A stretch of DNA of 64,000 bases from a bacterium. Lineage in GTDB: Bacteria; Bdellovibrionota_C; UBA2361; RFPC01. Of this stretch, positions 39,585 to 49,749 are shown piece by piece. Location of the stretch: the NCBI GenBank assembly GCA_030431715.1, contig JAUIIO010000005.1, positions 17,542 through 81,541 on the forward strand, given 5' to 3'. The position numbers were made by a program, and so were the translations under genes. Within the stretch, counting starts at the first letter, position 1. The number at the start of each line of letters is the position of its first letter. The notes under the pieces are model-generated. The model made no database searches and had not been told where the DNA came from. It saw only the letters and a list, made by a program, of their open reading frames with translations.

Positions 39585-39730
39585 CCTGTACTCCTCTTTA
39601 ATAAAGTATATCACCCAGAGATAACATCGAGCATAATTTGAGCATGCTCAAGGAAGTGGGGCTCAAATATTTTGAGACACTGCGATTTGGGTATTTCTCT
39701 TAAAGCTTAAAGACTACGAATGTTACGCAT

Positions 39731-40906
39731 CTAATCTAAAGCTCTCATAGCTGGAAGGGGTTTCCCTTCTAGGAGGGCAAGGAATGCACCGCCGCCAGTA
39801 GATATGTAATCAAACTTATGATCAAGTTCCATCTGGTGAATCGCAGCATCAGTATCTCCACCACCAACCACGGTAAGTGCATGACTACTTGCCACGTGCT
39901 CGACCATGGAGGTCGTTCCTTTAGAGTATTCCTCAAGTTCAAATGCTCCCATCGGACCATTCCAGACGATTGTTTCTGCTGATTGGATCGCTTCGCTATA
40001 GAGCGTTACCGTAGCTGGCCCAATATCAAGTGCCATCATATCGGCAGGCACCTCTTGTGCGGTTACTGCACGGCTAAAGCCGTCGTTCTTGAGTTGTGGT
40101 GCGACAACAAAGTCGACAGGGAGATAAAGCTGGCAGCCTCTTCGAGCGAGCGTACCCATAAGTTCTAACACTTTTGGAAAGAGCTCAGCTTCGTAAAGTG
40201 AGCGACCCATTTGAAAGCCCTGCGCGGCAATAAATGTGTTCGCCATTGCGCCACCGATGATGACTTTATCTGCCTTGTCAGCGAGGTTGATGAGAGCTTC
40301 AAGTTTTGATGAAACTTTCGCGCCACCAAGGATAACACAGAGTGGCCGCTTGGGATCTACGAGCGCCTTATTATAATAGTCGAGCTCTTTCTGCATCAAA
40401 AGCCCTGGTGCCTTTTCGCTTAAGAGCGCAGGAATTCCAACGACAGAAGCGTGTGCGCGGTGAGCAGTTGCAAAGGCGTCATTCACATATACTTCACCGA
40501 GAGAAGCAAGCTCTCTGGCAAAGGCGTTGTCGTTATCTTTTTCGCCGTTATGAAAGCGCAGGTTTTCAAGTAGGAGGATCTGGCCAGTTTCGAGATTCTT
40601 TGCGAGTTCCTGTACTTCAGATCCAATACAGTCTGTGGCGAGTGTTACATCTTTCTTTATGAGTTCAGAGATTTTGTCTGCAACAGGTTTAAGCGAAGCT
40701 TCAGGAACACGCTTTCCGCCTGGTCTTCCAAAGTGAGACATAATGATTGGTGTAGCCCCTTTCTCTAAAAGATACTCTAGCGTAGGGAGGAATTGTTTGA
40801 TTCGGTTGGCGTCAGTAATAGCTAGCTGCTCATTGACGGGAACATTGAGATCGGCTCTGACGAGAACTTTTTTGCCACTCACATTTAAATCGGACAGATG
40901 TTTCAT
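39731..40906 (-). CDS. pgk: Phosphoglycerate kinase
   Basis: RADLNVP, SHFGRP, LLENLRF, GGAKVSSK, WNGPMG, STGGGA. Confidence 0.98.
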   Translation of the reverse strand: MKHLSDLNVSGKKVLVRADLNVPVNEQLAITDANRIKQFLPTLEYLLEKGATPIIMSHFGRPGGKRVPEASLKPVADKISELIKKDVTLATDCIGSEVQELAKNLETGQILLLENLRFHNGEKDNDNAFARELASLGEVYVNDAFATAHRAHASVVGIPALLSEKAPGLLMQKELDYYNKALVDPKRPLCVILGGAKVSSKLEALINLADKADKVIIGGAMANTFIAAQGFQMGRSLYEAELFPKVLELMGTLARRGCQLYLPVDFVVAPQLKNDGFSRAVTAQEVPADMMALDIGPATVTLYSEAIQSAETIVWNGPMGAFELEEYSKGTTSMVEHVASSHALTVVGGGDTDAAIHQMELDHKFDYISTGGGAFLALLEGKPLPAMRALD

Positions 40907-41066
40907 AAGATTGTGTCACTCCAAGGTGTATATATTGACTGAGTTTTGCGACGGCAATTATAGACACAAGAATATTGAGGTACAAGGGGAGGGCGGCGAA
41001 AAAGTGATAAATTGCGGCTTGCTCGCACCGTGGGAGAAGGCCGTGCAAGGAGACCGTGCAGTGCTA

Positions 41067-41837
41067 CTACACGCCAGTGGGCTCATCAAGAAAGACTGTT
41101 TGAACATCAAAGTCTCGTTCTAGTCTTTTCGCGATAGCTCTCACGCCTGTTGTCTCTGTGGCATAGTGGCCGAGAAAGAGTGCGTTTTTACCAAGCTCTT
41201 TAGTTAGATGATACGCTTCATGCTTTGGCTCACCTGAAATAAGGAGATCTAGTCCCTCGTTGGCGCAAGCTTCAATTGCAAAACTTCCAGAACCAGTGAC
41301 TACTCCGACAGATGTCATACGTTCTGGACCAAAGGCAAAAAGCGTGTCAGGGGTTTGGGCACGACCGGGAAGCGCAGCAGAGAGCTCAACAATCTCTTCG
41401 AGAGTGAGTGGGGAAGGGAATTGTCCCTTTACCCCTATGAGCTTTCCCTCGTATTCGCAGAAGGGCTCAAGTTTCTCAAGGTTTAGGAGCCGTGCGAGTT
41501 CATATCCGTTGCCAACTTCCTTGTTCGCATCAAGTGGAAGGTGACTTGCGTATAGCGATATATTCTTATCGAGCAGGTAGCGTATCTTTGAACCAAGTCG
41601 CCCAGTAATGGGTTGTAAGTGTCCGCCCCAGAAGAGCCCGTGATGCACTATGAGCAAGTCGCAATCTTTCTCGGCAGCTTGTTCAAATATGCTGCTAGCG
41701 GCATCAACAGCGACACCGACCTTTGCGATATTTTCGTTTGCCGCTTCGACCTGTAACCCATTGTAAGCAGCGTCTTTATAGGCGCTAGGCTCGAGCAGGC
41801 TATTTAAATAGGTGGTGATAGAGTGAAGTTTGACCAT
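41067..41837 (-). CDS. Nif3-like dinuclear metal centre protein (YbgI family)
   Basis: NGLQVE, VHHGLFW, SHLPLD, GHYATE. Confidence 0.93.
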   Translation of the reverse strand: MVKLHSITTYLNSLLEPSAYKDAAYNGLQVEAANENIAKVGVAVDAASSIFEQAAEKDCDLLIVHHGLFWGGHLQPITGRLGSKIRYLLDKNISLYASHLPLDANKEVGNGYELARLLNLEKLEPFCEYEGKLIGVKGQFPSPLTLEEIVELSAALPGRAQTPDTLFAFGPERMTSVGVVTGSGSFAIEACANEGLDLLISGEPKHEAYHLTKELGKNALFLGHYATETTGVRAIAKRLERDFDVQTVFLDEPTGV

Positions 41838-41936
41838 CTGGTTTCCCTTACTTGCATTTTTTGAATAATATCCATATCCTCTACCCCTTACAAGTCGTAA
41901 GGAAACGTTCACAAGGAAGAATAAAGCTGAACTGAT

Positions 41937-42803
41937 ATGGGTTGGTTTTCTAGAAGTAAAGCACCGAAGCCGCAGAGCGATCAGAATGAGAGCGATCGCT
42001 ATCAGATGCCTGATGATATCTGGACGAAGTGCCCGGAGTGCGCCTCAATTCTTTACACCAAAGATCTCAGAAGAACCGCAGGTGTTTGCACAAGGTGTGA
42101 GTACCATTTTCGTTTAACTGCTAGTCAGAGAATACCAGTAATGGCAGACCGTCACTCATTTGCTGAGATTGACGCTAATCTACGTTCTTCAGATCCTCTC
42201 AACTTTAGAGACAGTAAGCGATATAAAGAGCGCATCAAGAGAGCAGAGAAAAAGTCTGACTACGTTGAGGCTGTTGTAACAGGCCGAGCACGTCTTAATA
42301 ACATACCCGTGATGCTAGGCATATTTGATTTTAGTTTCATGGGCGGTAGCATGGGGGCTGTTGTCGGTGAAAAGCTCGCTCGAATGATCGAGATAGGGAA
42401 GGACGAAAAGCGCCCGGTTATCATCGTTTCAGCTTCTGGTGGCGCTCGTATGCAGGAGGGAATTTACTCTCTCATGCAGATGGCTAAAGTTAGCGCGGCA
42501 CTCGCTCTTCTTGGTCAAGAAAGAATCCCATACATCTCCGTGCTTACAGATCCGACAACCGGTGGCGTTGCTGCTTCTTTTGCTATGTTAGGGGATGTGA
42601 TTGTTGCTGAGCCCCGTGCTCTTATCGGATTTGCTGGTCCACGTGTTATTGAGCAAACCATTAAGCAAAAGCTCCCGGAAGGTTTTCAGCGCGCAGAGTT
42701 TCTTCTTGAACATGGAATGGTAGATAGAATAATCGCAAGAACCGACCTTAAGGACGAAATAGCTCTCATCTTAAAAAACTTCGGCTTCGCAGCCACAGGG
42801 TAG
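41937..42803 (+). CDS. accD: Acetyl-CoA carboxylase carboxyltransferase beta subunit
   Basis: WTKCPEC zinc finger, FMGGSMG, SGGARMQEG, PTTGGV, GFAGPRV. Confidence 0.97.
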   Translation: MGWFSRSKAPKPQSDQNESDRYQMPDDIWTKCPECASILYTKDLRRTAGVCTRCEYHFRLTASQRIPVMADRHSFAEIDANLRSSDPLNFRDSKRYKERIKRAEKKSDYVEAVVTGRARLNNIPVMLGIFDFSFMGGSMGAVVGEKLARMIEIGKDEKRPVIIVSASGGARMQEGIYSLMQMAKVSAALALLGQERIPYISVLTDPTTGGVAASFAMLGDVIVAEPRALIGFAGPRVIEQTIKQKLPEGFQRAEFLLEHGMVDRIIARTDLKDEIALILKNFGFAATG

Positions 42804-42910
42804 TTCTCTCGCTCAAAGTCTTCTTATTCTCCCCGACGACTCTTAATCCATCCTGCACCTGCCCAGAGCCTCCCCAGATATAGTTCTAGCCCCAGCCTTC
42901 TTGCTCCGTA

Positions 42911-42948
42911 TCTTCCTCTTTCTCTTAATCTTCCTCTTGCACTTGCAC
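42911..42948 (+). repeat. 6-nt-periodic arm, TCTT variant
   Basis: TCTTCC TCTTTC TCTTAA TCTTCC TCTTGC ACTTGC; similar to the reverse complement of 35811-35855. Confidence 0.78.
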
Positions 42949-43053
42949 ATACGCAGCGCTCTTCGCTATAACGTCGTTATAAATGTATAGACTAGCCTGA
43001 ATTTATTAGGAATGTTCTATTAGTAGGGTATTTTATTCTTACTGGATTCGCAG

Positions 43054-45579
43054 GTGAAATTCTCTATGTTTCGTGCCAATAAAGTTCTTCTGGCTTTTGC
43101 CTCTCTTCACTTTTTAAACACGCTTATTCCCATTGTGCCTGTCTTTGCTCAGGAGGCTCCAACTGATGAGTTTATCTTTGATGAGGATTCCGAGAGGAAG
43201 CAGCGGTTACTGCAGCTAGAACGCGAACAGATTCAGAAGAAACAGATGCAGGCTATTACCGGGAGCAGTAAGGTAGATTTTGAAGCTCCCAATGTTGAGT
43301 ACTTACAGGAAGAGAACAAGCTTAAAGGAACTGGAGGTGTGCTTGTTTCAGCTGAGGGCCTTCAGCTTGAGGCTGATGAAGGTGAGCTTGATCTCGACAC
43401 GAAAGACGGTAGCTTTACCGGCGATGTTCTTCTAACGACTCCCGATGGCGTGATAGAGGCCGACCGGTCCGACTTTAATCTTGATTACGAAACTGGAACT
43501 TTTTATGACGCAGATTTCTCGATTGAAGAGGGAGCGTATCTTATCCACGCAGAGGAAGCGCAACGTATTACAGAAAAGCGCTTTCGGTTAAATGATTGTT
43601 TTTTATCTACCTGTCACTGTGATGATGGCTCGCGACCGTGGCGAATCTCTGGCGACGAAATGGATGTAACAAGAGAAGGGTATGCCCACGCTTATGGAAG
43701 CTCAATATCTTTTCAGGGAGTTCCGTTTTTCTACTCCCCGTGGCTGGCTTTTCCAGTAAAAGAGGAGAGGGCTTCTGGGTTACTCGTACCAATGGCCGGG
43801 TATAGTAACCGTGATGGTGTATCGTTGCGTCAGCCTATTCTGGCAGTGATAGACGATCATTCTGATATGCTCTTTGAGCCTTTTTTCGCTTCAAGAACGA
43901 GGAGAGGTTCGGCGTTTGAGTATCGTAACGCATTTTCGACTCGCAGCAATCTCCATACCCGACTCCTCTACTCAGATGAGAGTCCGCGAGATGGAATGCT
44001 TCGAGGAACAAATGTCACTGATGTCTTTGATCCCACAATCGATGAGGACCGATTCGGCGGATTTTATAGACAAAACTGGCAGAGCGATCCCTCAAGTATC
44101 ATTCCAACCTCTTTTATAGCCAATGTGAATTATGTAAGTGATAATCTCCTTCTGCGCGAGATGGATGAATCAGAGATTGGTGAGTCGAATTCAAGGTATG
44201 TGAATTCGGATGTCGTTCTTAGGAGTAGTTTTGGTGATTACGTTACGACATCTCTAGAAGGTGAGTATAACCAGAGCTTGTTAACGGATCAGGATCTCGT
44301 CTTTCACCGACTTCCTGAAGCGAGAGTGAATGCGCTGCGAAGCTTTCGCCCGTTTGGTTTTCACCCGCTCGGTCTTAAGGTAACAACCAAGGCTGATGTA
44401 CAGGCCACAAACTTCTCCAGAGATACGGGTTTTGAGGGGATGAGGTATGATATCCGCCCGAGCGTAAAAGTGCCTTTACACTACAAAAACTATGTTAATA
44501 TGGAATTTGAAGCTGGCATACGTCAGACTATTTATGATCTCGGAGAGACGTTTAACCCAACAATCTCTGCACAGCTTCCCTTTGAAGATCTTGATGATTC
44601 AAACGATCGTACCCTTCCTGATGCGAGTGTTAAAGTTAACACTGCTATTGAGAGAGTTTTTGAGCTCCCCGAAGAAACATGGATTAAGGACGTTACCGCA
44701 CTTGGTTCAGAAGCCGGTGAATATGAGCTACAACGTTTAAAGCATACTTTCGTGCCTGGCATGACATTTCAATACGTTCCGGATACGACGCAAACGGATC
44801 TTCCTATCTTTGATGCGATCGATCGTCTCAGGGAGAAGAGTCTTGTTGCGCTCGATCTGAGGAATAGTCTTTACGGGAGCTTTAAGCCTCGTGGTCAGCT
44901 ACCACCTCAACAGATTGAAGAGCTTGCCCCTGAAGTACAAGATTTCGGTCGTATTCGAGATAATTATCTTTTGGGAGATCTTGATAATCTGTATGGCACA
45001 GAGGATGTCTTCGCCCGTCAAAATATCCGTAAGGGCCGTAATATGGTAAGAGAGCTCGCCAGCTTTAGGCTCCTTCAGAGCTATGATTACATTGAAGATG
45101 TTGATGATAATGATCCGAACCGTGATGCTTTCTCAGATCTTGGTGCTATCGCTACAATCTTCCCTACGCCTCAATTTGCTCTGAGCGCAGATACAAACTA
45201 TAACGTTCAAGAAGAGGATGTTTCTTCGTGGGGACTTGCAACGCACTTTCGTGATGATCGTGGAGATGTGCTTCGTGTGCGCTACTCTTTTATCGATGAG
45301 AGCATTAGCCAGCTTACAGGCAATTTGCAGATTGCACTTACCGATCAGCTTCAGGTTGGCTACTTTGCGAGATTTGATGAGCTCGAGAGTGACTTCATCG
45401 AACAGCGAGCAGCGCTACGGCTAAAGAGTGCGTGTAACTGCTGGCATATAGATTTTGGAGTCAGCGAGCAGGTAAACCCCGACAGGCAGAGGTTCTTGTT
45501 TAGCTTTACACTTCGTGGCCTCGGAGATCTTACTGAGGAATTTGGCTTTCGTGATGATCCAGACCGGGATAATACCTGA
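43054..45579 (+). CDS. lptD: LPS-assembly protein LptD
   Basis: OstA-like N-domain, STCHC..PWRI, VPFFYSPW..FPV..ERASGLL, C-terminal CNCW and LRGLG. Confidence 0.9.
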   Translation: MKFSMFRANKVLLAFASLHFLNTLIPIVPVFAQEAPTDEFIFDEDSERKQRLLQLEREQIQKKQMQAITGSSKVDFEAPNVEYLQEENKLKGTGGVLVSAEGLQLEADEGELDLDTKDGSFTGDVLLTTPDGVIEADRSDFNLDYETGTFYDADFSIEEGAYLIHAEEAQRITEKRFRLNDCFLSTCHCDDGSRPWRISGDEMDVTREGYAHAYGSSISFQGVPFFYSPWLAFPVKEERASGLLVPMAGYSNRDGVSLRQPILAVIDDHSDMLFEPFFASRTRRGSAFEYRNAFSTRSNLHTRLLYSDESPRDGMLRGTNVTDVFDPTIDEDRFGGFYRQNWQSDPSSIIPTSFIANVNYVSDNLLLREMDESEIGESNSRYVNSDVVLRSSFGDYVTTSLEGEYNQSLLTDQDLVFHRLPEARVNALRSFRPFGFHPLGLKVTTKADVQATNFSRDTGFEGMRYDIRPSVKVPLHYKNYVNMEFEAGIRQTIYDLGETFNPTISAQLPFEDLDDSNDRTLPDASVKVNTAIERVFELPEETWIKDVTALGSEAGEYELQRLKHTFVPGMTFQYVPDTTQTDLPIFDAIDRLREKSLVALDLRNSLYGSFKPRGQLPPQQIEELAPEVQDFGRIRDNYLLGDLDNLYGTEDVFARQNIRKGRNMVRELASFRLLQSYDYIEDVDDNDPNRDAFSDLGAIATIFPTPQFALSADTNYNVQEEDVSSWGLATHFRDDRGDVLRVRYSFIDESISQLTGNLQIALTDQLQVGYFARFDELESDFIEQRAALRLKSACNCWHIDFGVSEQVNPDRQRFLFSFTLRGLGDLTEEFGFRDDPDRDNT

Positions 45580-45606
45580 GCCAATTGCGGGAAAAGGATT
45601 ACACAT

Positions 45607-46629
45607 ATGACTAAAAGAGTTCTCGTTACTGGTGGAGCCGGATTTATCGGGAGTAATCTCGTACATTATCTTGTGAAAGAACGTCCTGATTGGAAGATTG
45701 TAGTATGCGATCTTCTGACCTATGCCGGAAATCTTGAAAATATTTCTGCGCTTCTTGATGAGAATAAAATTGATTTCGTGCGTTGTGACATTGCAGATGC
45801 GAGTAATGTAGAAGATCTCTTTTCAAACTATGAATTCGATCTCGTCTTTCATCTGGCCGCTGAGAGCCATGTCGATCGTTCGATTCTAAGCGCCGCCCCG
45901 TTCATGAAGACTAATGTACTTGGTACAGAACATCTTCTCTCCGCAGCCAAGTCTCATGCAGTTCAGCGCTTCGTCCATGTCTCTACAGATGAAGTATACG
46001 GGTCTCTTGGCGAAACGGGCCGTTTTGTTGAGACCACACCTCTAGACCCCACAAGTCCATACGCCGCCTCTAAGGCAGCATCAGATCTTGTTGTTCAGTC
46101 GTATCATAAGACCCATTCCCTTGATGCTGTGATAACTCGTTGCACCAATAACTATGGCCCTTATCAGTTTCCAGAAAAGTTTATCCCACTTTTTATCTCT
46201 AATGTTTTAGAAGGCAAACCGCTCCCGCTCTACGGCGATGGCATGCAGATACGCAACTGGCTTCATGTCATCGATCACTGCCGTGCCCTTCTTCTTATCG
46301 CGGAAAAGGGAATAGCTGGCGAAGTCTATAATATTGGTGGCGGGGAAGCTTCAGAGGTGCCAAACAAAGAGGTGGCATTAAAGATTATCCATACTCTGTC
46401 AGCATCTGAAGATCTCTTACAACATGTAACGGATCGTCTCGCCCACGACCGACGCTATGCAATTGATCATTCAAAGCTTGAAAATGAATTAGGTTGGTCA
46501 CCGACCGTTACTTTCGATCAAGGACTTGCTGATACGATCTCTTGGTATCAGAAGCATGCTGCATGGTGGGAGCACATTAAGAGTGGCTCGTACCGTGAAT
46601 ACTATGAGCAGAACTACGGGAACCGCTAA
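45607..46629 (+). CDS. rfbB: dTDP-glucose 4,6-dehydratase
   Basis: GGAGFIGS, LTYAGN, AAESHVDRSI, STDEVYG, YAASKA, NNYGPYQFPEK. Confidence 0.96.
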   Translation: MTKRVLVTGGAGFIGSNLVHYLVKERPDWKIVVCDLLTYAGNLENISALLDENKIDFVRCDIADASNVEDLFSNYEFDLVFHLAAESHVDRSILSAAPFMKTNVLGTEHLLSAAKSHAVQRFVHVSTDEVYGSLGETGRFVETTPLDPTSPYAASKAASDLVVQSYHKTHSLDAVITRCTNNYGPYQFPEKFIPLFISNVLEGKPLPLYGDGMQIRNWLHVIDHCRALLLIAEKGIAGEVYNIGGGEASEVPNKEVALKIIHTLSASEDLLQHVTDRLAHDRRYAIDHSKLENELGWSPTVTFDQGLADTISWYQKHAAWWEHIKSGSYREYYEQNYGNR

Positions 46630-46641
46630 TCGGTACCAGTT

Positions 46642-47526
46642 ATGAAGATCTTACTTTTTGGTGGAACAGGACAGCTCGGAAGAGAGATAGTGCAGAAGGC
46701 CGAAGGCCTTCACCTAGAATGCGTGTATCCGGTAAGTAGCGAGTTAGATGTTTCAGAAAGAGATGAAGTGGTGCGTCTAGCTACCGCAAGCACCCCAGAC
46801 ATTATTATTAATACTGCCGCGTATACGGCGGTCGATCGAGCAGAAGAAGAGTCAGAGAGATGCTTTGCTATTAATGCCAGAGGTGCGGCTCATGTTGCAG
46901 AAGCCGCGAAAGAGAGTGGAGCAGCACTTATTCACATCTCAACCGATTATGTCTATGGCAATAAGGCAACAGAGCCTATTAAGGAAGACTTTTCGCCTGA
47001 GCCACTCAATGTCTATGGACGATCGAAGCTTGAGGGAGATAATGCTGTTCTTGATATCCTCAGAAGCCGTGCTACTATTATGCGGGTTTCCTCGCTTCAC
47101 GGGCAGTATGGGCACAATTTTGTTCATACGATGCTTCGACTATTTGAAGAAAAGGAGCTTGTAAAAGTGGTGCAAGACCAGGTGATGTCTCCGACGTGGA
47201 CTGGCTGGCTTGCTGAAGTCGTATTAGATATTGCTCGTACTGATACCGACACAAGCGGTATCGTGCATGCAGCAAGTGCCGGAGAGATCTCATGGTTTGA
47301 TTTTGCCAGAGAGATATACCAACTTGCCGCGCCACAAAGTAAGGACGAAGGCTGGAAAGCAAAGCTTGAGCCGACAACTTCTGAGAGCTATGTGACGGCG
47401 GCTACACGTCCCCGGTACTCAGTTCTCGATACTACAAAGCTTGAACACATACTTGGGAGAGATGTGATCACCTGGCAAGATGGGCTCACTCATCACTTAA
47501 AAGACATAGGGAGATATGCATTATGA
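46642..47526 (+). CDS. rfbD: dTDP-4-dehydrorhamnose reductase
   Basis: GGTGQLG, AAYTAVDRAE, STDYV, YGRSKLEG, RPRYS. Confidence 0.95.
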   Translation: MKILLFGGTGQLGREIVQKAEGLHLECVYPVSSELDVSERDEVVRLATASTPDIIINTAAYTAVDRAEEESERCFAINARGAAHVAEAAKESGAALIHISTDYVYGNKATEPIKEDFSPEPLNVYGRSKLEGDNAVLDILRSRATIMRVSSLHGQYGHNFVHTMLRLFEEKELVKVVQDQVMSPTWTGWLAEVVLDIARTDTDTSGIVHAASAGEISWFDFAREIYQLAAPQSKDEGWKAKLEPTTSESYVTAATRPRYSVLDTTKLEHILGRDVITWQDGLTHHLKDIGRYAL

Positions 47527-48590
47527 TTACAGGTACGAAAATAGCTATCCTAGCAGGTGGACAGGGCTCACGTTTCTGGCCGGTGAGCAGGATGGAGCGA
47601 CCCAAGCAGTTTTTGTCTATTAGCCAGACCGGTGAAAGCCTCATTCAGGCAACATCAAGACGTGTCGCCTCACTCGTACAAAAAGAGAATGTCTGGATTA
47701 TTACCAATATCATCCACGAGCCGATGATACGTCAGCATGTTCCATACGCGAAAGTAATATCGGAACCAGTAGGAAGAAACACTGCAGCTGCTATCGGACT
47801 GGCGGCTATTCACGCGGCGGTAGAAGATGAAGAAACAGTGCTTCTTTGTCTCCCGGCGGATCATGCGGTTAATGACGAAGAGAAACTCCGTGAGACCCTC
47901 GCCGATGTTGCCACACTGGCCAAGAATCATGATGTGCTTGTGACAGTAGGTATTCCACCAACTCGCCCAGATACTGCTTATGGTTATATTCAGCGCGGCG
48001 AAAAGATTGAAGACGGGGCCTATAAAGTAAATCGCTTTTTTGAGAAGCCAAATGAAACAAGAGCTGAAAAGTATCTGGAGCAGGGAGGGTTCTACTGGAA
48101 CAGTGGAATGTTTGGTTGGAGAGCTTCTGTAATTTTAAAAGCTATTGAAGATCATCTCCCGGAGCTTTATGCCCAGCTTATGGAGCTTAAGCCAGCTATA
48201 GGAACTCCTGAAGAGGCTGAAAAGACCGCAGCCATTTACGAAAAAATGGAGTCAATCTCTATCGATTTTGGAGTTATGGAGCATGCTAAAAATACTGCTA
48301 TGGTAGAAGCCAAGCCTTATGGTTGGAATGATGTAGGCTCGTGGGATGCGTGGGCAGAGCAATTTGCAAAAGATGAGAATGGGAACCTCTTTCACGGAGA
48401 TGCGTTAGCAATTGATTCAAAAGACAATGTTCTCTACTCAAATGACAGACTGGTAGCAGTAGTTGGAGCAAAGGACCTCATCGTCATAGATTCCGGCGAC
48501 GCCGTCCTCGTCTGCCCCAGAGACAGCGTCCAAGACGTACGAAAAGTAGTAAAAGAACTAAAAGAAAAAGGCCGCACCGAACTTATCTAA
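47523..48590 (+). CDS. manC: Mannose-1-phosphate guanylyltransferase (no isomerase domain)
   Basis: LAGGQGSRFWPVSR..RPKQF, EPVGRNTA, PADH, FFEKP, WNSGMF, WNDVGSW. Confidence 0.94.
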   Translation: MITGTKIAILAGGQGSRFWPVSRMERPKQFLSISQTGESLIQATSRRVASLVQKENVWIITNIIHEPMIRQHVPYAKVISEPVGRNTAAAIGLAAIHAAVEDEETVLLCLPADHAVNDEEKLRETLADVATLAKNHDVLVTVGIPPTRPDTAYGYIQRGEKIEDGAYKVNRFFEKPNETRAEKYLEQGGFYWNSGMFGWRASVILKAIEDHLPELYAQLMELKPAIGTPEEAEKTAAIYEKMESISIDFGVMEHAKNTAMVEAKPYGWNDVGSWDAWAEQFAKDENGNLFHGDALAIDSKDNVLYSNDRLVAVVGAKDLIVIDSGDAVLVCPRDSVQDVRKVVKELKEKGRTELI

Positions 48591-48610
48591 CACGGGGGCG
48601 CAAGCTCCCA

Positions 48611-48680
48611 CTTTGTCCTGCTCCTTGTCCTTATCTTGCTCTAATTTGGGTCAGGAATAAGACTAGGAAGAGGACAAGGA
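48611..48680. repeat. 6-nt-periodic palindromic element
   Basis: CTTTGTCCTGCTCCTTGTCCTTATCTTGCTC / GGGTCAGGAATAAGACTAGGAAGAGGACAAGGA. Confidence 0.85.
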
Positions 48681-48720
48681 GAGCTAGCCTACACACATCA
48701 CCTGTGAAATAATCTCCACA

Positions 48721-49749
48721 ATGAACCAACTCATCGTCCGGATTTTATTTCTTCTCTTCGGCCTTCTGATCGGACTTGGAGTAGCTGAGATAACGCTCCG
48801 CGTTTTTCACCTCGCTCCCGAAGTTGTCTATATCGAAAAGTGGCGTATGCGCCTCGCGAAAAATCCGAAAATCGGCTACGAGCCGATTCCTCATCTCGAT
48901 TCAAGCGGAAAGTCTGTTCAGTATTATGGTTACCGAGGCTTAAGTAACGATCTCGGTTTTCGAGACGAGAGTCACACAGAACTAAAACCTGCTGGAGAGA
49001 CGCGGATACTTGTACTCGGCGATAGTATTGTGGCTGGGCTCTGGATCGAAAAAGACCGTGACATTTATCCGGCTCTGCTCGAAGAGAAGCTCAGAGCTGA
49101 AGGGAAGAAAGTAGAAGTCCTTAATTTCGGTGTCAGTGGATACAACACTCAGCAAGAGGTTGAGACATTAAAAGAGAAGGGGCTTCGCTATTCTCCTGAT
49201 ATCGTCCTTTTAACGTATTGTTTGAACGATACATATGCTGATGATGGTGGGATCTACTACCACCTTAAAAATACCGAGAAAGAGCAGGACGGAGTGAACG
49301 CGGCCACTCTTTCTCCTTGGCTTCGTAAAAGTGCTCTTTTTCGTTTCATGAAGTTTCGGGTAATGAGACAGGAGGAAAAAAAGCAGGAAGATCTCGAAGC
49401 TCCTGATTTTCTAACTGAGAATAAGACAGCACAGTACTTGAGTGTTCTCTCAGAGCTCCAGAAACAACATGGATTTGAGGTGTATGTAGTTTTCTTTCCT
49501 GATTTTGATTTTCTGGATAAACGCACAGCATCTTATGCGTTTTTTGACGAACACCAGAAAATACGAAAGCTTGCGCTACAGAATAATTTTCAATTCATAG
49601 ATCTCTATGATTCTATGAAAAAATGTAAAGCTGAGATAGGCAATCGACTCCTCTCCTATGATCGTTTTCATCCAAGACCAATAGGAAATGATTGTGCGGC
49701 TTCAGCAATTGCACAAAGACTGCGTGAATCTAAGAAGATTGCGGGTTAG
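48721..49749 (+). CDS. Membrane-anchored SGNH/GDSL hydrolase
   Basis: N-terminal TM, LGDS, NFGVSGY, CLND, DRFHP. Confidence 0.88.
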   Translation: MNQLIVRILFLLFGLLIGLGVAEITLRVFHLAPEVVYIEKWRMRLAKNPKIGYEPIPHLDSSGKSVQYYGYRGLSNDLGFRDESHTELKPAGETRILVLGDSIVAGLWIEKDRDIYPALLEEKLRAEGKKVEVLNFGVSGYNTQQEVETLKEKGLRYSPDIVLLTYCLNDTYADDGGIYYHLKNTEKEQDGVNAATLSPWLRKSALFRFMKFRVMRQEEKKQEDLEAPDFLTENKTAQYLSVLSELQKQHGFEVYVVFFPDFDFLDKRTASYAFFDEHQKIRKLALQNNFQFIDLYDSMKKCKAEIGNRLLSYDRFHPRPIGNDCAASAIAQRLRESKKIAG

